DNA from: Lama glama
Taxonomy: Eukaryota
Assembly: GCA_028534125.1 (NCBI GenBank)
Contig: CM052816.1
Span: 58,468,001-58,532,000 of the forward strand
DNA: 64,000 bases
Reading direction: 5' to 3'
Numbering within the stretch: position 1 is the first letter of the stretch; each line of letters begins with the position of its first letter. The notes below the pieces were generated by a model, which saw only the letters and a program-made list of their open reading frames with translations, was not told where the DNA came from and did not search any database. Shown piece by piece: positions 54,272-64,000 of this stretch. The translations under genes were made by a program, and so were the position numbers.

Positions 54272-54440
54272 CTTTTTTAAATTAAATTCTTTTTAAAAAT
54301 ATTTTATTTATTTATTATTATTTTATTTTGGTATGGAGGGTAATTAGGTTTATTTGTTTTTAAAGGTGGTACTAGGGATTGAACCTAGGACCTCATGCAT
54401 GCTAAGCATGCACTTTACCACTGAGCTATACCCTCCCCCT
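54272..54440 (-). mobile_element. Vic-1-like SINE
   Basis: Reverse-complement head and tail; TSD gtttattctttt. Confidence 0.85.
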
Positions 54441-55679
54441 CGGTTTATTCTTTTAATTCTTTTTTGTGGATTTTTTTTAAATGACAGTGCTGCTTGTTAC
54501 ATATAGCAATCTGGTGGGAAAATACATTTAAATGAAAAAAGTAAGATGCAGAGCTGTGTGTATTATGCTACCTGCCATTTGTGTAAATACACATTTACAT
54601 ACGTGTGTATGTGCACTGATTCTCCTTTCAGGGTGATACTCATGTTACCTGTGAAGAAGGACTATAAGACAAAGGGTTGTGAGGGAGACTTCACAGTATA
54701 CCCTGTAGTATTTTTTCTGTTTGTGCTCTGTACATTTACTAACAATAACAATATGTAATTAAGATAAACCTGGTAAGACGTATCTATCATCTTACTCCTT
54801 TAAACTTTAAAAAATTTTCATTTCTGTAGGTTATTCAGTGTTCTTTAATAGGTAAGTACTTTTCCCTCATTATTTAAATGTGTGCCATACTTAATTAAGT
54901 GAGCTCTTGTGGATGGACGTTTAGGTTGCTTCCAATTGTTTACTATTTAATACCGTAGTTAGCGTTCTTTTACATAATTCTTTTTGTAGATTTATGAATA
55001 CATCTTTAGGATTATCTAATTAGATTGAATTAGAATCTAGAATTAGATTCTAGAATTAGAACTCCTGGACTGAAGAAGATACACGTTTTTAACTTTAATA
55101 GATTTTTGCCAAATTGCTCTCAGTAGAGATTACATTAATTTGTACTTCCACTGACGTCGTTTAAGAGTTCCTGTTTCCCAGTCTAGCCAATAATTTCTCA
55201 GACCTTTGAATCTTTGTCACTCTAATAGTTGAAAATGGTTATCATTGTATTTATAATTTTTTATTTATCTTATTGTGAAGTTCAGCACCTCTTCATGTGT
55301 TTAAGGGCTATGTATGTTTTCTGAAAACTTTATGAACATCACTTTTTCCCACCTGTCAAGTGGGCTGTATGTTTTTCCCTTTTGATTTGTAAGAGTTCTT
55401 TGTGATGAGAGTTGCAAATACTTTTTCCTTGGTTTATCATTTCTTTTGACCTTGCTTATGGTAATAGTGGTTGTTGTCATGTTGACAGAAATATTTGCTT
55501 TTCATTTAGGCATACTGCTTAATTTTCATATCCTCAGAATCATCCCCCTTTTTTTTGCTTTTCTTCTAATTCTTCTACTGTTTTAATTTTTTTCAGTATC
55601 TATATGATAATTTTCTCATTATCATTTTAGATATTTGTGTTTACTCGCTCTTAAACTTTTGCTTATAAAATTTTATCTA

Positions 55680-56297
55680 CAGTTTATCTTCATTATTCAC
55701 AGATTCTGTATTTGCAGATTTGCCAGCTTATTAAAATTTATCTATAATCCCTAAATCAGTATTTGTGGAGCTTTCACCATCATTCATGGACACATGCAGA
55801 ATGTTGAAAAAATTTGAGTCACCTGATAGGCATTCCCAGATTGAGCAATGCTCTGTTTTCTTGTTTCAGCTCTCATACTATAAACAATAAACAAATGTCC
55901 TTTTCGCAATCTATTTAGTGTTACAGTTTTCATAATTTTGTGCCTTTTGATTTCACCCATTAAGATAATGCTCAAGCATTGTGCTGAAGTGATATCTAGT
56001 ATTCCCAAGTATAAGAAGGCTGTGATGTGCCTAACAGAGAGAATATACGTGTTAGATATGTTCACGCATAAGTTGCAGTGCTGTTGGCTATGAGTTCAGT
56101 GTTAATCAATCAACAATATATATGAAATAATGTGTCTTTGAACAGAAATGCACATAAAACAAGGTTATATATCAATCAGTTGATAATGTGACCAGAGGCT
56201 TGCAGGAACCTAGCCTTGTATTTCTTCTAAGAGCAGTGGCTCAGTGTTTGTGGCAACTTTTAAAAACATAACTGCCATGAATAATGAGAATTGATTC
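55680..56297. mobile_element. TcMar-Tigger element (MER82-like)
   Basis: TA-CAGTTTATCTTCATTATTCACAG start and ATGAATAATGAGAATTGA end form imperfect TIRs. Confidence 0.7.
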
Positions 56298-57519
56298 TAT
56301 GTATTTCTCTTCAAGGTATTTTACAAACAGTTTACAAAATAAAGAGATAGTGAAAATAACTTTGTTAGCAATTGTAGTGAGAATTAAAATACTGCAAACC
56401 CAAATTTTTATTCTGTATTTTTCCAGTTTTGAATGTTTATATATATATCTCCAAATTGGATAACATTCTTTGAATGCAGCTAACTGTTCACTGGCTATTA
56501 TGTACAGACTTGGAATACATTTATCTTCAAAATATTGATTCTAAATTTCAAATGCATCGCTAGTATGTTCTAGCTTATCATTACTTTGATTCTTTATGCA
56601 CTTGCTTTATCAAAACATAATACTTTTGAAAGCTTCTGTTTATTGCATAAACAAATGATAGCTATCCTCTTTGTTGCCTAAAAGCATAACATTGCGTTTT
56701 TAATAGTACCAGTTAGGATGATCTTATTGTTTCTGCATTATCTGTTACCTTCCAGTTACTTTCTATACACATCTGTCATCCGTATCTGTTCACACACTGT
56801 TATCAAGTAAATTTTGGTGCACAGGCATTAAAAAAGATGAAAGGACACTGTCACATGTCCTTTTTGCAAAATGGAATGGTTCAGGCTTTTATCACAAAAT
56901 ATTATTATATTATACTATGAAATCCTTTCTGTTGAAGGACTAACTGAATATTACCGTATTTCCTTTGTCCTCAGAAATATATCAGATCTTGAGTTTGAGA
57001 AAATTCACCTAAGTAGAATATGTCATCTGAAGATTCATCATCTGAGACTTTGCTTATGTGAACAGTCTCACTATTATTGGTCTAGAATAAGGATCAAAAA
57101 TTTTTTCTTAAAAGGTTAGATTGTAAATATTTTAGGCCATAGTTTTGTAGCCTCTGGTCTAAATGTTACCATCTGTTCCCTTTACATTCATCTAATTGCT
57201 TTAATAATTATGGAATGACTTTCTCTGTAGATTTTGTTCTCTTTGCCTTTATGGACAGAAAATGAAAAAATCTGAATTGTGTTCAAGGAAAACTTAAAAA
57301 AAAAAAGGAAAAAAGACTACAAGGATGTTGTTTCCAGTCTTCCATTAAAATTTCTTGAAAGATAATCCAATACTTTGGGCAACAGAATAAGAAGACTGTA
57401 ATAGTGATACATTAGTTCACTACTGATGATTTATTCCATCATCCTTTTAGGTGATTCTGTACTTCCATGTTCTTATTTTATTTTAGTTTTTTTTTTTTAA
57501 CATAGCTAGAGGTCATTGG

Positions 57520-58005
57520 TGTGAGTATATTATCTGTTGCTACATAACAGACTGCCTTAAAATTTAGCACCTTAAAACAGCAAATATTTATTATCTCTAG
57601 TTTCTGTGGGTCAGGAATCCAGGAGCAGCTGAGCTGGGTTGTTCTCATAAGGCTTCGAAGCAAGCTGCCAGCCTCAAGTGATGGTCATCTCAGGGTTCTA
57701 CTGGGGCTGGAGGGTCTGCTTCCAAGCTCACTAACGTGGTTGTTGTCAAGAGGCTCTCTTGCTACCTTGGCCTTTCCAGAAGTAGCCTGAGAGTTCTATG
57801 ACATGACAGTTGGCTTCTCCAGAGTGTGTGATCCAGTAGAAAGTGAGCAGCACCACACACACACTTTCATAATTTAGTCTCTGAGTCACACACCATCACC
57901 TCCACCTTTTTCTATTCTTTTGAAGTAAGTCCAGGCCACATCCAACTGGAGGGGTCTACACAAGGGCAGGAATCATTGGAGACCATCTTGAAGGCTGGCT
58001 ACCAC
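57520..58005. mobile_element. MaLR LTR (MLT1-type)
   Basis: TTGCTACATAACAG...TTAAAACAGCAAATATTTATTATCTC...GGTCAGGAATCCAGGAGCAG...GGCTGGCTACCACA. Confidence 0.78.
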
Positions 58006-58871
58006 AATGAGTTCATCCTAGGATGAAGAATAACTAAATATTTCAATATAAGGGATAATAAAATCACTAAGATTCTGCATTTTGGATTTATAAAAGAGTC
58101 CAGTAGAGTTAGTATAATTGTTAAGATAGGAGTTTTGGTTTTTTTAAACAGTAAATTTTCTTTTTGTTCATCAGACCTCTAAGACTGAGTCATGAATCCT
58201 TACAAATAGTTAGAACTGCTGAAATAAGAAACTCAAACTGAAATTGAGTCCATTGGACTGAGATAATATAGTAGGAATTAATTTCCACTTTCTGCTTTCC
58301 TTATAAGCTTTTTAAATTCCTTCTTATCTGTTGTGCATTAAAATAGATACTTCAGGACCATAAATTTTCCTCTCAACAGTACTTTGGTTGTATTCTGTAG
58401 AATTCTTATTTTCTAGATATTCCAAATTTTTAAATTGTTTTCAACTCTAGATATGTCTAATAAATGTTTAATTTCCATGTAGTTAGGTTTAATTTCTAGT
58501 TTTATTGTAGTTATAGGATGTTGTTTGTATTGTTCTAATTATTTTTTTTACATATGATTTTGATCATTGTTTTTAATGTTTTAAATTGTATTGGGACAGA
58601 TCAAATACCAGTGCTCCTGAAGAATTTTTTTAACTGTTCTTGCTCATTTACTTCTCCAAACGAATTTTGCAATTAATTTGTCTAATTGTTTAACTGTCCC
58701 ATAAAGATTGAAACTGGTATTATATTTAGTCTTTATATTAGCATATTTTTATTCTAGTTTTATTTACCATGATGAGTGTATTGCTTTCCGTTTTCTCTCT
58801 TTATGACTTTATAAGAAAATAGGTGTTTAAACGTCATCATTGTATTTAGACTTTTTATCTTTCAAATTCAG

Positions 58872-59225
58872 GTGCAGCTGTCTCCCAAGGAGAATGTATT
58901 TTGATGTGCTCTGGTCGATGTGAACAAAAGTTTCATCATTTTCTTCATGAATACTTGGATAGGTGCATGTCATCTACATTTCCCCTTGTTGGATGTGTCT
59001 CATGCCTAAATAACCAGTTAGGTATTTGGAGAGAATAATTCATTTGAATAATTGAACAATGGAAATGTGAGTGATTGAAAGAAACTCAAGGTCACATATA
59101 GTGCAGAAAATTTATTCTGTCAAAATCACAATTAAGCACATTTGTATATTGTAACTTTCTTAGTAAATATGTTAAGCTTTTTATTAATACTTTAAAAATA
59201 AATGATCAATCTTTTTTTTTTTTTA
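58872..59225 (+). other. SMN1: Candidate SMN terminal (3'UTR) exon, mouse Smn exon 8-like
   Basis: Pyrimidine tract + CAG|GTGCAGCTG acceptor; AATAAA at 59197-59202 with downstream T/GT-rich element; both ends resemble the mouse Smn 3'UTR as recalled. Confidence 0.7.
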
Positions 59226-60059
59226 ACCATGACCATCTGATTTTTTGGGGTGGGGGTGCAGAACATACATGGTTAAGTTGGAGTCTATCTAATGATGTAG
59301 AAAAGCACTCCTCAAGCTTATTTGGTAAAGGATAGTATTGAAAGATGCAAGCACTTGTAAAACAATGTTGCTGATAATTCAAAATTAGGGAACAAAGCCT
59401 TGCTGAAGCTGAATGTCATAGTCATGGGACTGGACTGGGCCAATCAGGAACCAAGGCTGTGTCCTGTTGCTTGGAAGTTACACTGTCAGTCTCCTCCTTC
59501 ACCTTTTCTTATCTGTCTACCTCTTTTCTAGCTTTCTCCACATCCTTGTCATGCACACTACCTTGCAGTTCCATCTGCCATCCCTTTGACTATATGTCTC
59601 TCAGTTCAAATTCTATGGAGAGGTAAAAGTCACACTGTTTAGTCTAAGGATTAATGTCCATGTACCAGAGATTCTCCCTAGTCCATTTAGCCATAGGAGA
59701 ATATGTTAATATGTTAAGTGCTTTCTTTCAGAGGTTTTTGCTTGGACAAACTAAATGTGCCTAACATATTAGTAGCTGCCCAGTATTTGTTGAATAAGTG
59801 AATGAATATTCAAGTGCCTGGTAAGTAAGTTTTGCAGAATGGGATGTTCTATGGCTAAAGCTTTTTTGTACAGGGTAAGTGGAATTTTATCTTTTTTCAT
59901 GACAATCAGCTAATATTTTATACATCTAGTGTATATTAATTGCCTAAGTATGTGCTGGGATAAATTTAGTTATGAACGTAGCTTACTTGCCTTGTAAGAT
60001 TTTTGAATGTTACCCCCCTTAATACCTAATACAGTTGAAGAGTAGTTGTAGGTTCCTGA

Positions 60060-61330
60060 AAGTCATTCATTTCAGCAAATATTTAACTTTGTGTTGGACA
60101 CTCTTCTAGGTGCTTGGGAGACAGTAATGAACATAACAGAGGAAAGTTCTTGCTTAAAATGGTTAAGAACTAACTAGTAAACAAGTATAATTTATAAGGT
60201 GGCAGCTAGTGATACATGTCAGAGAGAAAAGTGAAAACAGGAAAGGAGGTTAGGCAGAGTGGGACTGGAAGCAGGGATGCTTTTTAAAAAATGGTCAGGG
60301 AACTCCTCATTGAGGTGACATTTGAGCAGAGATTCAAAGGAAATGAGAGACATTCACATAAGTAGAGGGAACCTCCCAGGGAAAGGCATGAAGGGAATAG
60401 CAAATCAGCTTGGCTTGGAGTGGAAGTGAGCAAGGAGGAAAGATTGAAGGAAAGGAGGTAAGAGAGGTAGCCAAGGGTCAGGTCATATGTAGGCCATTGC
60501 AAGGTCTTCACCATTTACTTGGAGCTAGGAATCCATTGGAAGATTTTGAACCAAAGGTGTAGCATGATCAGATATATAGAAAGAGCCTTCTGACAGCTAT
60601 GTTGAAACACCATAAGTTTCAAGAGAGAAAGCAGGCTGACTTACTTAGGACCAGTGAGCTTGGATCTGAGTGTATTTTGCAGCTGGAGCTCAGGATTTGC
60701 CAATAGAAAGAAAGTAATCCAGACTGACTCCCAAGGTTTTTGGCCTGAGCAAGTGAAAAAATAATGAGATGGAGAAGTCTGCCTCAAGGGTACTTCTGTG
60801 GAAAGGAAGGATAGGAGTTGGGTTTGGACATGTGTAATCTGAAATGCCCATTAATAGGACTTGGATATGAACAAAAAGTTCAAAGGAGAGATCTGGGATA
60901 AAGATGAAAATTTAGAAGTTAGCATAGACCTGGAATTTAAAGCCATTCAAATAGGATGAGACAGCCCAGGAAGTGCATTTAAATAGGGAAGTTAGAGGAG
61001 AACTCTGGGATATTCCCCATGTTCAGAGATGAGGTATGAGGAGAAGCAGTAAAAGAGACAGCTCTCAATGAGTAAGGAATCCCAAAGGGATGCCCTGGAA
61101 GCCAAATGAAGAAAGCGTTTTGAGGAGTAATGGGCAGTATCAAAGGGGCCGATAGGTCAGATGCTGCTAATGAGTCACGTAGGATGAGGACTGAGAAGTA
61201 TTCACTGAATTTAGCAAGGTGGAGATCGTTGGTGACCCTCATAAGAGCTGTTTTGGTGAAACAGGAGGTGGGAGAGAATGTAACAGTTGAAGACAACACA
61301 TAAAAACAACTCTTGCAAGGAACTTTGTAT
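60060..61330. mobile_element. LINE-2 remnant
   Basis: Starts CATTCATTTCAGCAAATATTT; the antisense ORF has L2 RT-like TKTALMRVTNDLHLAK...SVLIL. Confidence 0.8.
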
Positions 61331-63028
61331 TTCTGAATTTTTGTTACATTTGGGTTATTAGTAAAAATCCTATTAGATATAACTTTGAAGTTTTGGTGAA
61401 GCTTGTTTAAGTTGTGTGTGTAGTATACTGTATGTGTGTAAATTTTATATAAGAGTTCTTACTGTGGGTCATGGTTTAAAAAAGTTTTGAAAAATACGCA
61501 ATTAGAACAAGAAAATGCAGGGAATGTTAAGAAAAGATGGAGGATATAGGAGACATTACTTGTGTGAGCACTGGTGAAGGATTTAAGGAGCTGGAGAGGA
61601 TTAGAATACGTATAAGAAAGGGAGAAGTTTAGAAACATAAGGGTAAGTAAGTGTCCGGGCAATGAGGGATGACCTAGGAGTTCTGTGGAAATTGATGTAT
61701 ACTGGAATAAAGGGCATGGTGACCTTATGATCCAAAAATACTTTTTTGTGGAAATAACTCATTCTCTGTGAAGGGCCAGGGCACATTAGCTTCATAGGCC
61801 TCTAAAAATGTAAAGACATTCTTAACTCACAGGCCGTACAGGCTGTAGCTACACTTTGCTGCCCCCTGCTTTATACTGGAAGCCCTTAGCAGATGCTCTG
61901 GACAATTAATTTGCCCAGAGTCGTGTTAGTGTTTTTAAAGTATCATTTTTAATAACATATGCAAGTGATAAAGAATTCAGGTAATTATATGCAGGTAAAA
62001 AAATGTAAACCTCCTGCCCCTGTCCGCTAGCTATCTTGATCCTCTCTGTGGAGTCTGTCATCACCATTTTCTCATGTATTAAAGAATTTTTCTATGAAGG
62101 TATGAACATGCATCTAATAGTATGTTAATCTTAAGAAATTTAACTAGGTTCTTTTTTGTTTAGGTCTGAACAATTTAATAAGTAATACTTGTACCATTTA
62201 TCAGGTTACTGCCTGTCCTGCAGTAATGCATCTGGACCCTGTAAATGCCTCTCCCCTGTCAGCAGGCACAGTGTAAAGCTTTCTCAGTAGAGGTTACTGG
62301 TGAGACACTGGATGGGAAAGAGACTTCTTTTCCTGAGTCCAGTGTGCCTCTCTGGCACATGGTTTCCGCAGCCTTGTGCAGTGCCTGGCTTCAGCAGTAC
62401 CCAGTGGCCAGCAGCACCCCCACATGAATGGTTTCCTGTGACACCCCCAAAAAACTTTCTAAGCAAAGTGTCCCAAGCTTACACTGTCTTGGGCTGTAAC
62501 TCGCCACCCTCTCTGTTGTCCATGGCTGTACCTTCTCCACCAAGGTCTGGATCTCAGTCCTGGGTTTCTTTTTTTGGTGCTCTGTCTCAGCCTAGGGTGA
62601 AGAGCCAGTAGGCTGTTCCCTATACCTGCTTCGAGTTCTCCATTTCATACTACAGTCTCCTGTCACAGTTAATAACTTTTTATAGTAAACTTCCCCCAAA
62701 TTACTATGTGGTGTCTCTCCTGATCAGACTAATACAATGCTTAAAACCTTTCTGATTACAAAAGAATTAGATATAGAATCAGACCAGCAAGAAGGTAACT
62801 CATCTCACCTTCTAATAATCTCATCCTCCAGAGCAATTATTAATGTTGTAATAATGCTAAACTAGTTTTATACTTTATTATTTAAATAAAACAGGTACTT
62901 GTAAAACAAAGCAGTACAAAAAGTAAAAAGAATGCCTTCCAGTCCCACTGTTTAACAACTTAGACTAGTTATCCACTGTTACCATTTTGTATATTCTTCC
63001 AGAAATTCTTAATGCATCTAGAAACATG

Positions 63029-63062
63029 AATATATATATATATATATATGTATATGTATATT
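63029..63062. repeat. (TA)n microsatellite
   Basis: Seen directly. Confidence 0.9.
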
Positions 63063-64000
63063 AAACAAATAGAATCATAACATATACACTGTTCCTATGT
63101 TTCATTGTAAAAATAAAAAGGCAAAATAAGTTTTCCAACTTATACTAGCATCATGAATTTGCAGTGGCCTCCTAGCCATTCAGAAAACTCTGCTACTTGG
63201 TAGGAGTGAAATTCTGGACACAAAGATGTAAACATCCACATCAAATGTAATACCTTGAATCCTATGACGTCACTGACAGTATGTTCTCCCTGAGCAGAGT
63301 GGAGTCATAAGAAAATTCTAACACCATTTTAAATGCATATGTTGAACTCTCAAACATGTTATCTAAAAAAGCATTGATGCTCAATATTCTTGAAAACAGA
63401 TTTAGCTCATTTCCAATAAAGCTCAATTCTAAACTGCATTTTTTGCTTAATCAATAAACATTGAATCAAAAGCTTCCAGAATACAAGCATTTTCCCTAAA
63501 TCTTATTTCTTCACATTGGCAGTAGATAAAGGGAAGGTACAAATAAACCCTACTATACCAAAGTTAATTAAATATGCAAAACAGACCCTACAAGATATAC
63601 AAGATTAATACCTGTTGTTTCACCTTTGTGTAAAACTGATTTAGTTCTTAAGTTAGCCATTTCGTAATAACTTGAATATTCTTTTGTATTAAGACTTTAA
63701 GGTAGATTGGTGCACTTCTTCCCAGCCCCATCCTGTGGCTTTGTGTTCCTGTTTATCGTAGCGAGCCTGATGTTTTCCCAGGGTTATGAAGAGTTAGATG
63801 TGTAAACTTGATTGAAGGACTCATCTTTAATTGGGGAGGATCACTTAGGAACTTCAGAGTTACTGGCAATATCTATTTCTAAACTCAGTAATGGGTAAGC
63901 AGGATGTTTGTTTTTTTTTTATTACATGCCTTAACATTATATTCTTTTGTGTGTAATATTTAATAGTTTTTGGATAATTAGGCTTTTAGAATTATTGATG

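Noticed and set aside
55010..55062. TAGAAT-type micro-repeat with a palindrome
   Set aside because: Local slippage duplication within an old L1-like relic; no sign of function

Overview
Mammalian genomic DNA, most likely from a camelid (about 14 copies of a tRNA-Ala(AGC)-derived SINE with an AATAAACCTAATTACCTCCCC tail, like Vic-1). It holds three spliced genes: coding exons 1-7 of BDP1 (minus strand, running off the left edge), a complete SERF1 gene (62 aa, plus strand, head-to-head with BDP1), and a complete SMN gene (293 aa, SMN1-like C at exon 7 +6). The rest is mostly LINE-1, L2, MIR, MaLR and Tigger-family repeats, with one 500-N gap. Main observations: (1) the site matching the human SMN exon 8 acceptor reads TG instead of AG and its poly(A) signal is degenerate, while a mouse-Smn-like terminal exon with AATAAA lies about 8.6 kb downstream of exon 7; (2) an out-of-frame uATG in GCCGCC context overlaps the SMN start; (3) two collinear, complementary L1 halves flank the SMN promoter; (4) a multi-layer nested retrotransposon cluster; (5) an inverted MER2-like pair in SMN intron 6. 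Comparisons with human and mouse sequences and repeat consensuses are from memory and need alignment to confirm. Repeat boundaries are approximate.
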